DNA of 64,000 bases from Azolla caroliniana (Eukaryota > Plantae > Polypodiophyta): contig JBHGNT010000015.1 of the NCBI GenBank assembly GCA_043228905.1, positions 11,470,001-11,534,000 of the forward strand, in the 5' to 3' direction. A program made the position numbers and the translations under genes. Each line of letters begins with the position of its first letter. Within the stretch, counting starts at the first letter, position 1. Shown here piece by piece: positions 12,342 to 26,006 of this stretch. The notes beneath the pieces were generated by a model, which saw only the letters and a program-made list of their open reading frames with translations, made no database searches and had not been told where the DNA came from.

Positions 12342-13374
12342 GGTTACCTTAATGGTTAGGCGTCAAATTTCGTAATACGAAGTCCTAGGTTCAAGTCCAG
12401 GTGAAGCAAAATGTTCACGGATTCATGACAGTCACCACGGCGCCGAACGCACCCTTGGATGCGCACCCGAAATCCACTGATGCCACAACGACAGATACGG
12501 ATGAAGGGCCTATGCAAGAAACATTCCACGAAGAGCAGACACCAACGATTGAACTGGCAGAAGAAGACTCGCAAGAAGAACAGACGCAAGAGGCTGAACT
12601 GGAGCTGACAGAACCCATCCCCCCCCCCCCCCCCCCCCCCCCGAACTTGAGACAACATAGCCTATCAACCTCCTTGAACCCGTGCCTACGATGCAGACCA
12701 TGACAATCCCCAGAACACCCACCATAGTTCTCGCGGAGACGGACCGTCCAGAGCCGAACATCCTGAACATCTTCAACGACGTATGAAGGTCTTCTGTGGG
12801 TTCGACCGTGCAAGCACTGTCCCACAGACGTGCCATGTGGTGGCCGCCTTGGACCGCCAAATGGGAAAGGTTGAGAAGGAGAAAGACAAAGGGACGGTTA
12901 CGACAAGCGAAGAAGATGGGTGGGATCATAGCGTAGTAAAGAGGGAGTAACAACTATAGTGTGGGGACAGCGAACGGTTCACGCGCCGAGCGTAACCACC
13001 CATGACCCTGTATATAAAGGCCATGGAAAACTTGTAAAAAGCTAGTGATAATCTTGTACTCAATATCTGGAATATAGTTTTTGATTGCCTGACTCTCTGT
13101 GTTGCTGTGACACTTGTATCTGTTCATGTTTCGTGTCAAGTATACGTTTTGTGTTGAAGTCGTATTACACTGTGTATGCTAGTACATAAGGAGTCGGTTG
13201 TAGCTGTCTCCCTAATCTCCACAGTCTCCACGATCAAGTTAACCCTTACGAGTCTCGTACACAGTCACCCGAGTTCCAGGTACGACGTACTCACCCATTC
13301 CTCAAACCACGATTCCCTTGAGCCGAACCCCAAAGGACTAAGGATTTGGCGCCGTGTCACCTTAACTGGTAACA
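12342..13374 (+). mobile_element. Probable solo LTR (~1 kb) beginning with a tRNA-like segment
   Basis: Inverted termini (g)GTTACC...GGTAACA. TATATAAAGG at ~13011. C24 tract 12619-12642. No clean TSD. Confidence 0.55.
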
Positions 13375-14064
13375 ATATGTAGTTAATCAACAACAAACTT
13401 GGAAGTATTTCTAGAATCCATCTCCGAATTTATGGAAACACTTGGTTGATCTCCTCCAAAATTCTTACAAAATCTCTTCGAATGATCAGCTAGAGATTGA
13501 TTGTCCAACCAAATGTACCAAATCAAACAAATATCTTCTTTTGTTTTATGAATTGTCACCAAGATGATCAAGTTGACATTTTCTTCACTTGGCAAAGTTT
13601 GCATGCAATAATTTAGTTCATTCTTCCATTAGATATACTTCTTTCTTTGCTAACATAAGATGTCATCTCCATTGGACAATGCTTAGAACATCCAAAAATC
13701 TAAAAAAATCCCATTTTTGACAATTGTCTAGTTCAACTCCAAGAGGTTCACACTTCTCTTTCTCACCGTATATGTGATGCTCATGCCACATAGAAGAAAT
13801 TTTAAAATCATCGTCATCTCAACTCATCCCCAGAATTAGGTAAGTTTTAAGTTGGGGATCATGTATGGCTCAACATTTATGTAGTAATGAAAAGACCAAT
13901 GAGCTATGTAGCAAGTTGGATTATCAATGGTTGGGTCCATACAAAATCTCTAATGAGATAAATGAGGTTGGTTTTTTTTATCTTGATCACCCTCCTCATA
14001 TATCTCTTCTACTAGGATTCCAGGTATAACCTTATGCTTTTTAGCTCTGATATTCTAGATTCCG

Positions 14065-14150
14065 TTGTTCGTGGCCCCATCTAATAATTGCGTTGAGCTT
14101 GCTGATGGTCCAGAATATGAGGTGGCAGCCATTTTGTACTCCAAGGTTCG
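14065..14150 (+). pseudogene. Chromodomain remnant of a chromovirus integrase
   Basis: VELADGPEYEVAAILYSK resembles the EYEVE.ILDS. start of a chromodomain. Confidence 0.55.
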
Positions 14151-14232
14151 TTGCGTTGCTATGCGCGAACAATACATATTCGAATTCTTTCAACGGTTCA
14201 AGATCCAGACAGACTTCTTCTACGCATTAATC

Positions 14233-14295
<63 letters not shown>

Positions 14296-14515
14296 GAGAA
14301 GACATAGATAGGGTTATGAAGTTCGATCTACACTTAAGTCAACTAGACATGAAGGAAATGAACCGATCTCTGAAAGACAAAAAAAATTAAATGAATAAAC
14401 CAAGTAAAATAGAAAAAATTAAAATTAGGAAATCAATGTGTATTGACGAGAGACGACTCTGTATCTTCTTCTTCCTTCTTCTTCCACAGACAAGAGAAGA
14501 GAAGAGAAGACAGGC

Positions 14516-17500
14516 ATGGCGGAGGGAATGACGAAGAGGAAACCCAAACCATCAAAAGCATCATCAGCAGCAGAAGAAGAGAAGAAGAAGGTCGACAATC
14601 CCTCATCTCTCCCCGCCCCCGCCCTTCCTCCACCTCCTTCCCTGACTGCAAAGCACAGGGTAGTGGCGATCTTCGGATTTCTCTGCTTATTACCATACCT
14701 TTACTTCCTGTCTGTGCTGGATCTGGACAGCGGAGTGAGAAGGGCGATCCTCATTAACTCTGCGATGAGCGTAGTCGGTCTTCTCTCCACTGTCCTTCTA
14801 ATTCCCGTGGCTTCCAAGTATGTCCTCAAGAGAGGTATGTTTGGATACGATATCAACAAGAGAGGATCCCCTGGTGGGCTCATCCAAGTGTAAGGAAAAA
14901 CTTAACTCAACTCCTCACACTTCTGTTCCTGTGCATCTTTTCCTTTCTTTTGTTGCTTTTTGCTTTCTTCGCCTTCGTGCATTTTTGCATAGCTTTTGTT
15001 GCCATTCTTCTTGGCCTTTTTGCATCGGTGAAAATTCTTTATTCTTTTTTGTTTTACGCATTATTTATTTATTTTAAATGTCTGCATCTTATTTACTGTG
15101 TTCATTTTTGTTTTCTTTTTCTTATGGAATCGTATTGTTTGCTACAAAATACTTATGTATGCTTTTTTTCTATGATTTTGTTTATTTCGAATTTGTTTCA
15201 TCGATTTCAGTTTTTTTGTTTTCATTTGTAAGCATTTGTTTTCATTTCTTTTTATTTCAGATACTCTTTGCATTTTCTTTTATGTTGTGAATACTAATTT
15301 CCTATGATTTGGCTCTGATTTTCTTTTATGCCATGATCGCTAATCACAGACCTTCCTATGATTTTTGCTTTGGTTTCCAATATTGTATGCTTCAAACACT
15401 CATCACAGATTTTGGATTTTGTTTTGAGTTCAGATTAGTGTTTTGGATTTCTAATTAATCAGGTTGTTCAATCTGCCCGTTATTTTATGTTTCTCTTTTA
15501 TTTCATTGTATGGTTTTTCAGTTTAGGATCATGAACACTAGTGTCAATATGTTGCATGCCTATAAACAGTTGTTTTCCTTTGATTTTTGAAATTTTGGCG
15601 TTTTTTTAATGGTTTACTTTTGGATTGATTTCAGTTGTTTTGTGCAAATTGTTTTTGCAATTAATGTTGATACTAAATTTCTCTGCACTTTTTACCGAAT
15701 AAACAGACCTGAATCTATGGGTTTGGTTTCTGGGATTGTATATCTGGTGGTGATGATTCTTTTTCAGCATTTCTACTTCACACCAGAATCAGCTGTAAGT
15801 TAGTCTTTCTTTTCTTTAAAGTGTGTCTATTGATTCTCGACTTTCCCAAGTGGAAATAAATATACACTTTGCCCACGAAATTTGAGATAAAATTATACTC
15901 AAGTAGCAAATGAAATTCAACAAAAAGTGCACTTAGCAGTGATGTGGAAAGAAAAACAGATGCACCTAGTTGTGAATTCCAGATAAAGAATTCGGTGAGG
16001 AAAAACCTAGAGAAATTGTACCATATGCTCCCATGATCTTAAAAATAAAACTAAATGATAAGGGCATATTCAAGAAATTCAATATTCCATATAAGTGTCC
16101 TTTGCTATAGCAATCTATGCTATAGAATGTAAACATATTTGCTAAATTGGAGTTGCTTTAGCACTATATATGTTTTGTTTCTTTAGTATTGTTTTTTGAT
16201 GAGGATGTATGTGGAAAATGCAGTGGCTTGTACAATATAATGCAGCGTTGACATCTATTTGCTTCATTCTTTTCTTGGGATTCATGGATGATGTACTCGA
16301 TATACCATGGCGAATGTGCGTCTCAATTGTTTTTATGAAGTTCATATATATGTGTGGGTGTTTGTGTATGTGTGTGTGTGGGCATGTGTGTAACCAATAC
16401 ATTACCCGTGTATTTGTCAATTGTTTTTTATAAATTTTATTCATATCAATATATTCCCATATTATCTTGATCCTTCTCCATTTGTTTATTTTTATCATTA
16501 TATTCTATTGTGCAGAAAACTCTTGCTACCCTCCTTTGCAGCTCTTCCCTTGCTAATGGCATATGCTGGTAGCACAACGATTCTCATTCCAAAACCAATC
16601 AAGGGATATCTTGGAATAGAGAATTTGGATTTAGGTAATTTTATCACTTGAAAATATATTTGATTAGGAATATAACTCTATTTTGTGGTTTCGAATTGTT
16701 TCAAAGTAGTGCAATGATTTTGTTTTTATATACATATTCTTCTTTGTGTATCAGGGTGGATTTACAAGCTTTACATGGGTCTTTTGGCTGTTTTTTGCAC
16801 TAACTCTATAAATATACATGCTGGACTCAATGGCTTAGAAGTTGGACAATCAATAATTATTTGTGGCGCGGTATATGCATTTTTCTTTCCTACTATCATT
16901 GTAATATGATGTAATGGAGTGCTAACAAACTTGAGAATACTATTGTTGTTCTTTGACATGGCTAAAGATCTATTAATACATAAACTATTTGTGTTTGTTT
17001 CCATTTCTTTTGTTTTCTGTTTCTTAGTTGAACATACTGATCAAATACACTCTTATAGGTTTGATTTTATCATCAAAATTTGTGGAATAATGTCTATAAT
17101 TACGCTCATAAATGCTAGGTGCTTGTGCATAATATAACAACAATCGCATCGTCTGCGTATGATCGTCAACAAGCACATGCATTTTCTCTCTATCTTATGC
17201 AACCCATGGTGGGAGTGTCCCTTGGTTTGCTCACTTATAACTGGTATATGTCAAAACCAAAATCTTCATTTAATACTATAAAAAATGATTATCACCCAAA
17301 ATTCTAATGTCTTTGTCATCTCTAGGTACCCGTCATCTGTTTTTGTTGGTGATACATATACATACTTTGCAGGGATGTCATTGGCTGTTGTTGGAATTCT
17401 TGGTCACTTCAGGTATCATTATACAATATTTATTTCTGAAGCATTCGTTAATCATGAATTTTTCTTGCCTATTATTTTAATATGATGTAATAGAACCCTT

Positions 17501-18506
17501 GATGTTAACAATATCCCTTGTCTTTTTAACGTTCTACTTACTGAGAGATTGGTTTTGGATTGCAAGATCAATCTCAATACTCTCTTCAGTAAACCTATTT
17601 GCATGTCGATATGGCATCTTTTTTAGAGTAGTTTCTTATATCTTTGATTATTCTAATCAGCTTCTTTTTTTAATCTATGCAGTGAAACCCTCCTCCTCTT
17701 TTTTCTACCTCAGATTCTTAACTTCCTTTATTCTTTACCACAGGTTTGAGTTTCATGTTCTTCATTTAACATTGCTGCAAAGATTTATGTAGCTTTTTTC
17801 GCCGACAAATTGAATGCATATATATTTTTTTAACAGCTTTTGAAGATAGTTCCATGCCCACGACATCGCCTCCCTATGTATGTAATATTCTTTAAACATC
17901 TGTACAGCAATACATGATGTTTGAATAGAGCTAAAATATTTGAATCAATATTGATGTGAAAGAATTTTTCTTTGATATTTGTTTTTGATGATTAAAGTAC
18001 TTGATTCTTTTGTAGATTCGATCCAAAAACAGGGCTTCTCACTGGCACTAAGGACATGAACCTTGTTAATTTGTTCCTCAGACTTTTCGGAAGATGTTCT
18101 GAGCTCCAGCTTCTGATCAGATTATTAATTTTCCAGGTTATTACTTCATCCCCTCACAAGTAAATGAGAATCTCTCTTGAATCAAGAAAAGCGAAGTATG
18201 AATCAAAAGTCTCTCGTAAAACCAATTTTCATAATTTTATGATCCAAGCAATCATATGCATGAGAATTGTAACATGTGATCGATCTTTATTGTGGAGATA
18301 TCACTGTTTCTTGAGTTTTTTATAGAATATGTATTATTCTATCAAAAAATTCTTGATTAAAGCAATGTTATAATCACTGAGCCTTCCAAGGAAACATAGA
18401 TATATGCTGAAATGTTTGGTTTTTTGTTTGTGAAATGTTTGAACAGGTTCTCTCTTGTGGTTTATGCTTTGGAATCCGATACATAATGGCAGGATGGTAC
18501 AAGTGA
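14516..18506 (+). CDS. GPT: UDP-N-acetylglucosamine--dolichyl-phosphate GlcNAc-1-phosphotransferase (ALG7/DPAGT1 family), 11 exons, 427 aa
   Basis: Exons 14516-14889, 15707-15794, 16224-16315, 16516-16634, 16755-16870, 17119-17243, 17326-17412, 17683-17743, 17837-17877, 18016-18136, 18447-18506. All introns GT-AG and in frame (1284 nt). Motifs [50 protein letters not shown]. Confidence 0.96.
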
Positions 18507-21500
18507 TTGAATTTAGTGATGCAAAAAAGTTGAGCATGTGAGAAAATCATGTGTATGAGGGACGTCCTGTGACCAATATTTTTGTGGCCATCGTGCTCTT
18601 TTAAGAAATCAAATTTAGCAACATTTTTTCCGGCAAAAGATGCATTGTAATCTCATAGATATCATGTATTGTTATCTCGAGGCAGAGGTAGGTTTGAAGA
18701 AAGAAACAAATTGAGACCCAATATGGGGAGAGTTGGTTCAAGAGAACTTGTAATTGAGTCTTGGGATCTATGTGGATTAACACATATTATATATTCAGCT
18801 CATCAGAAGTATAAATGAACTTCCAATCCACTTGTTTTATTTAATTGAAAATTAACTGAAGTAAAACCCATCAAATTGATATTTGGGAACGATATATGTT
18901 TTGTTCTGCCCTAAATCTGCAAAGCCCAAATGAAATATGTTCTGAAAATAACACAAAAGGAAAGCTTTTCGTATTGATGGTTGATACATTGCCTGCAATT
19001 CAAGCTAGTAAATATATTTATGTCTCGTATCATAATGCAATGATCCCATGATTCTGGGTGTAATCCAACATAGGGTTTACTAGTTGAAATGGGCAAGTTG
19101 AACTAACCAAAATATGTCCACTTTTTAATACATTCTTTTTCATTCGAAGGTGCCACAAAGACATCAATCCCTAGGAACCTGTTGGCAGCTTCTAGTGATA
19201 GGTGAAGCCTATGCCATATATTCTCCTGCCTTTGGGGAATGTTAACACATAGATTTCTATCAAAGTATCCCTTTGTTGGATGGTACATCGCTGGTAATTC
19301 TGGAAACTTAGCACTCCAATGTATTTATGGTAGTACACAAATATAAAACACTTTCGGAAAAGAGATTTTGGATACTATTTATCATATCGATTGGAAAGGT
19401 TGTCAAGGCTAAATATTGTATTTGAAGGGAATTTAGGATGTGAATTTATCATTTGTTAGTGTTTCTACTTCGGTGTTTATGTCATTGTTTAGGGTTCATC
19501 ACATTGTCAATTCACACCAAGTCCGTATAAAACTCGGTCCTCTATGCTAAACCCTATTTGAGGCCCAAAATTCTAGTCATTGTTTCATTCAAAGTGTGGC
19601 TTGTTTGAATTATCAAAATGGAACACATTTCATTTCTCTATTCGGAACACTTAAATTCAACATATAATTGGTGGCAGGTGCCATGCATCACATATCTGGT
19701 GAATAAGGAATTTTAATTTGAAACTCTAAACCTTCATTTTTTTAATAGTGGTATGGTTTGAGTGGACGAAGCACATGAAGAGGTCAATGAGACCTCCATG
19801 GATATGAAGGATCAAAGATTAGGAATGTCATTATCAATGAGCTATTTTGTATGAGAGATTATTAGAGTGATATTGAAGGGTGACTTTACACAGCTAAAAC
19901 AATGGAAGCTTACTGTTCCTTGTAACGGCATCCACCCAATATGTAATAGGCCCACATGGATATCTGGCAAAACCTAGGTCATTAATTTAGTAGTGTAGGT
20001 CTAGCAAGGCTATATGTATATTGATGATTTCGTCGGTATTATTGGGCTTTGCTCTCCTCATACCCCTGCAAACGATCTTATATCAAAAATCATCGTTGAT
20101 GGCTTTAAATTCATCGTCATTTGTATCACATGGCTTTGGTCCGGCATTGGTCACATGTGATCGTTTGATTATATATAGTTGCTCTGCACGCAATAATTTA
20201 TGAGCCAAACTTTTCATAAAGCCTTTAATTAATGCCCCTAATCAATGCACTCAGAAACCTTGAATTCCCAGGAAATTTGACTGCCATTAATCCCCAAGGA
20301 ACTAGTTATAAATTTCATGAAATTGTGAATACACTCCAAATACATATTCATGATCAAAAGAATAGTACCAAAATCGAGTGAATATCATGTCCAATCCTAC
20401 AATTATGTCCACCCTTATCTCATGATAATAAACATTTATGAGTTCCACATTTGCTTTCAATTTTCAGTTACAGAAGTCTTTATTGAAAATCTTCTGACTG
20501 TTCATTATCTATGCAATCAATGGATAAGTAGACGTCATATTACTTCATTTCATGTCGACAAAAATATTACTCGTGACATTCCTATTACATTGACAATAAA
20601 GAGGGTAAATTGATAGGTTTCATAGTGGCATAGCCAAGCCAAACACCATGTTTGAATTATCATTCATCGTCATGTTATGTGCATGCACATTGTGATCACA
20701 ATGCAAGTAAGAGAAGGTTAGTTATATGCAATGACCCCGCTATTATTTGTAGAAACAGAACTCCTTAGTTTTGCCTTCTTTCAACAAATGTACCTAAATG
20801 TTTTACTATTTCCTCAGACACTCACTCTTCTCTAACCCACCGAGACAGAGATAAGGTACAAACTGACACAAACTAGGATTGCTCCTTCAGAAAGGATATC
20901 CATAAGCATTTTAATAGAGGACAATAAAGAAAACCTTCGGCCGCATTCGTGAAAAGTAGAGAACCTGGGTATTTTGAATGTGTCCTAACAAACAGAGTAC
21001 CGCACATTGTGACTGAGAAATAGGTCCAGATTGAAAGAATGTGGAAAATGCAAACTTTTAAGTGATGGAAAGTGGAGCATTGTAGCAGAGTAGTATTATG
21101 TATACATATATTCACAGAGTATTATTTGGGCTATAGTTTTAACAATGAATTGACATGAGTATCTCATAACATTACAAATGAGTAACGAAAGTATTGTGAA
21201 GTTTTTACTGCGTTTCTGTTGTCATTATGTAGAGTAGTTTAGTTTAACCTTAAGCTTGTCGGACTTCGTGATGCCCTGGCCCCTATTGGGAACCAAGCCC
21301 AAGATGCTCAACAAGTTGAAGGGCAAATACTTATATATCGGCTTACAAATTTGCCTACCCGCAGTTTTATTTCGGGAGGCCCTCATTTGTAACAAAACAC
21401 CCTTTGGATGGTGACAGAGACCAATACTGAAGAGGTGGTGCAGCTATTGTGAGACTTGCCTTTAAGACCCAGAAAACATCTGAAAGGGAAATGCTGAGGT

Positions 21501-21975
21501 TGCCACATCTTTCATTTTCATTTAGATTCCTGGAGTTGAGCATGCGATAACAAGATATGGATATGAAACAGTATTAGTCTGTCTTTCGATATCCATCTTC
21601 TCATTCTTGTCTGCAACAATGGCTTCTTTCACCTTGCTAGATTGGCTCTTGTATGCATGTGAATTCTCCACTTAGTTTACCCACACACAATCATAAAACA
21701 TGAAATTCTCTTATCTGGGTATCCATCTTTGTATGAAGACCATTTTGCTCACAAGGAAACAAAGCTCGGAGCCGATAAAAGATATGAATGTAGGCCAAAC
21801 CTTCTGCAAATATTGTCACCACAACTGTATCGAATGGTATTGGCACAATGATTTGCAGGTTTCTTCACCCATAACAATGCCTACAGTTGAGAGAGAAAGG
21901 AAAAGTTAGGGTATTAGGGCGGAACTTATGTACATCTCTCTCTCTCTCTCTCCACACCTGGATATATATACTCAC

Positions 21976-24900
21976 TTAAGATACTGAGTTTCTTCTTCGC
22001 CATCGGTCGTTATTACTCCTTGATTTGTTGGCATTGAAGCTAGTGTTGTTAGTCGCCCCTGAGAGAGTAGAAAGATGAGGGGGCTCAGATGAGCTCTGCC
22101 TACGCGACGAAACACTCTTAAGCTTAGAGTTGAGTTTCTTCGAGAAGCTCGACCCTGGCCATGAAAAGAACCCTTTCTTTTTAGGAGCTTTGCTATCCAA
22201 TTGTTCTTCGAGACCCGAGCAATAGCTCCTCAAGCCCATGAACTCGGTCTTCATCTGTTGAACTTCCACTTGTAATGCTCGGACATCCGCACTGTGATGA
22301 TGGTGATGATGATTGTGAATAGACCACCCATCTCTCGAGGATTGAGGATCGCTATCTGATGTGCTTGCTCTCGCAAACTGAGTTAAAACATGGAGAGGAG
22401 GTGTATTGTCTTCAGATGGAGTGAGAGGAGAATGACTCCCTCCTGTGAGCGCATTTCGTAGCTTCATATGCTCCGAGAAGAGAACCCTTATGACCATTCG
22501 TAATGGTAACCTATCGTTCTGCGATACGTGCATGCATGAATCTAAAGAGAGCTTGTGTACATCAATGCTTTGGCATAGTTGCTTCCTTTCTTCTTCTGTG
22601 AGATCAGGGTGAGCCTGAATCACAAATGGAAACGCAAAAACGAAAAAAGCATGTCCATATTAGGTCATTAATCATGAAATCATTTCAAATAGACTTTTCT
22701 GTTTGGTTTTTTATGTACAATAGTTGGGACATACAAATAAATACCTTTAAGAAGATGTCTATGGCTTTATAAAGGCCATCGTGAGATAACCTTGCATTCC
22801 CTGGAAGTACCTCTGTAATGTCTTGAAAGCTCTGCAATGGCAGTTTTGGATCATTTGCCACATGAGAGAGATATCCATCCAAAACCTCGGCAATTTTCGA
22901 TTTAACAGACACCAAAATCACACTGGGAGACTTGAGCAAAGGAGACCCATCAGGTAGACTGTTTTCATGATGAAGAAGAAAGCTCTGCACCATCCGATGA
23001 ACCATATTCACATCATTGGCAATTTCATACATCTGATTCGATGGTGGGAGAAGATCTCTAAGAGAAACTTGATCTAATTGCATAGCCACCCTCTTCTCGA
23101 GCTCCTCACAACAATCAGAATCGATCCCTAACATGTGTGCCACTCTGAGCAGACGGAATTGAAAACTTATGGACACCGCATCAATTTGGGAGGGAAGAAC
23201 AGATATCATGCTCTCAACAAATGCACAGTGTTTGCTTCTCACCTCAGACGAATCCTCCTCTACATTCTCACTCAAAGGAAGATCAAACCCTCGAAAGGTA
23301 TGATCACCATTGCCATCTTTGTCATCGTCTTCTCCTCTATTTTCACCATCTTCATTGATGACCTGTTCTTTCGGAGCTGATTTGTTTACAATAAGGTCGA
23401 ACCCTTTGAACCCATCTTGCTCGACATACTGATGATTCATGGCATCGTCTTCCGAAAGGAGGCTCGGAAGCCATTTGGTGGCATAGCAAGAAACGACAGA
23501 CCCGATGAGGTCGACCCGCATCCCTTTAGCTTTAATGGCATTCATGATTCTGACAAAGTGATTGGTGCTGAGGAGACACACATCTTCAAACCACCAATCC
23601 TGAGGTATAGAAGCAGCAGTAGTAGTAGTAGTAGTAGCAGTAGTAGTAGCTACGGATTTCTCGAGCTCGAGTTCATGGCTACGAGGATCGAACCTTTGGT
23701 TGGCGTGACCACCACCACGAGCAGCAGCAGGAGCAGGAGCAGGAGCAGGCTTTCTACCTCGTGTGAAAGACCATCGGATGCCTTTGGGATCGGTGCAGGC
23801 CTTCCAGGCGATGGATTCGATGCATCGCTGGGCGATCTCGAGCTTCTCGGACCAAGGTGCGAGGTCAGGGGAGGAGCAGGTCCGGAGGACGGAGATGGAG
23901 TCATTCCACGAGGGGAAGACGCGGGAGGAAAGGAAGGATTCGGTCTCGGCCACGAGGTTGAGGTTGGGCGGGCGGCCGGGGGGCAGGTGGTCTGCATCCA
24001 TCTCCAGGTACTGGGAAGCACATCGGAGGGCTGCCACATTGGAGGTGGTGATGGTGACTGCAACGCCATAGCAGAACTTGGCGGCAAGCTCGAACGCGTG
24101 CCGCCCGCCCGGGAATCGGAGCAGACGGATGTGGTCCTTCTCTGTATCCCTCGACTCGAACACCAGCCTGTTCAGGAGGCCGCTGCGGGAAAGGAGAGGG
24201 AACTAGGGGGTGTGTATGTGCCATGTGCGTGGCAGGTTTAGGGTTTTTGCAGAAACCAACATATCACACACACACACACCATAGCCACAGATATCGAATC
24301 ATCAGCATGTTCCTTTTTTTTCTATCATGATGTGAATGAATCATGATATGAATGAATTATAACTATATAATCTTATGAACGAGTATAAACCTGGTCAGAT
24401 ATCATTAGAGAGCTACCATTGAAGCTACACAAAGCGGGGCAAGATAACAAAATAGGTAAATGGTACTTTGAGAACGATGACAGAGAAAGTGGGAGAAGAG
24501 GCGTACTTCCCATTAGCGGTGAATAGTGCCAAAAAAAATAGAGAGGGAGGGAAGGAAGAAGCTTTTGCAGAGAGCTTTCGAAAATTAGCGTATTTAATTA
24601 GAGAAAGGGCTTCATTGAAACCTGAATTAGAGTCGCAGATAGAAGCGACTTTCCATTACAGACATTGAGGGAGAATTAGCGTATTTAATTAGAGAAAGGG
24701 CTTCATTGAAACCTGAATTAGAGTCACAGATAGAAGCGACTTTCCATTACAGACATTGAGGGAGAATTAGTGTTTATATACATATATATAGAGAGAGAGA
24801 GAGAATCCTCCATTAAAGATGAGCTTCTAGACAAGCAAATTAGAATCTTTCATGAACACAGTTAGCAGCGTCTGAGAGAGACGCACAGAAGCGCGCTTCC

Positions 24901-25277
24901 ATTAAAAACTTCTCTGAGGATGCACCAATTAGGATTTGAGACAGACAGATTGAGGAGAAAGATCTTGATTATACCTTGTGAAGATGGAATTCTGTAGAGT
25001 CCACTTCCACTCGCAGATCGCTCTGAAGAGATGTTGCTACAAACCTGCAAGTGATGAGGAGCTAAGTGTCTATGGCGATCTTTTTCACTCTCAGGAAGAC
25101 AAAAAAAAAAAAATTAAAAGACTGAGCAAAGAGAAGGATTTACCATGCTTGTCCATCCTTTTGACAACCTGTAATTTCTGCAGGATTGATGAGGAGCTCG
25201 ACCTTGTGAAGCTTCTGATTATCTGTGGCTGAAGAAGAGAAACAAGAAGCTTCTAATTCTTCTGCGGATGTGTTCAT
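21976..25277 (-). CDS. BTB/POZ-NPH3 domain protein (NPH3/RPT2-like, NRL family), 4 exons, ~766 aa
   Basis: Exons 25277-25144, 25044-24975, 24202-22745, 22614-21976 (2301 nt, in frame). Motifs FHLHK|FPLLSRSG, FPGG..AFELAAKFCYG, DWWFED, HDGLYKAIDIFLKAHP, QNDRLPLR. C-terminus RRNSVS. Start codon less certain. Confidence 0.93.
24583..24770. repeat. 91-bp tandem duplication in NRL intron 2
   Basis: Two near-identical units (starts 24583 and 24674, one substitution) bounded by AATTAG. Confidence 0.9.
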
Positions 25278-25679
25278 CACAGGCGGAAGAATTATGTCTC
25301 GATATTTATCGTTCTTAGATTTTCCCTTGCAGGGGGAGAGGGGGAGACAGACAGACAGACAGACAGACAGAGAGAAGAGCTCGTGAATATGGATATGGAT
25401 ATGGAGTTCACAGGCTCGATCGATCTTCACAAAATTAGATGTCTATTGAAAGATCAGGGAATGGTCTGAGGGCAGAGAGAGAGAGAGAGAGACCTCTTGT
25501 CAAAGCTTAATCTTAAGGCTGTTTGGCTATGGCGCCGATTGAGACTGATATATCTGTCGTGGTCTGCTGGTGAACGGAAACCTGGCAAAAAGCTCCGTGA
25601 GCAGGAAGAAAATCACATTGGAAATGCAATAGCAACGTTAATTAGCTGAGCTGAAGCTGCTGCGGTCAATAAGCTTTCC

Positions 25680-25975
25680 TTTGCCATAGCCATAGCCATA
25701 ATAGCCATAATAGCCATAGCCATAATAGCAGCCATGGATGATATAGCCTACAGAGGGGTACGGTGGAGAGTTAAAGCGTGAATTTTAGAGGTGTTCCTCG
25801 ACATGAAAGATCCACACAAACCAGGTCTTGTTCTTCCCGTTCAGAGGGTTAAGTAAAGCTGCGTCAAGCTCTTATCGTAGCTTCTTATCCATTGGCAGAG
25901 AGAGAGAGTGAGAGCTCTAGGGTAACAACCTAACTGGACTAAAAGCTCAAGACACAGAGAGAGCTAAATAGAAAA

Positions 25976-26006
<31 letters not shown>

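Noticed and set aside
12356-12953. Overlapping Gly/Pro/Glu-rich ORFs
   Set aside because: Low complexity around a C24 run inside an LTR-like unit, with no recognisable domain.
13346-13356. TGGCGCCGT as an Athila-type PBS
   Set aside because: Not preceded by an LTR-terminal CA and not followed by internal sequence. The inverted terminus lies about 20 nt downstream.
18900-21600. Short ORFs between GPT and NRL
   Set aside because: No recognisable motif or consistent splice structure. Could be decayed TE or gene fragments but cannot be supported by eye.
23417-24241. 274-aa ORF antisense to the NRL exon
   Set aside because: Shadow ORF of a GC-rich coding exon.
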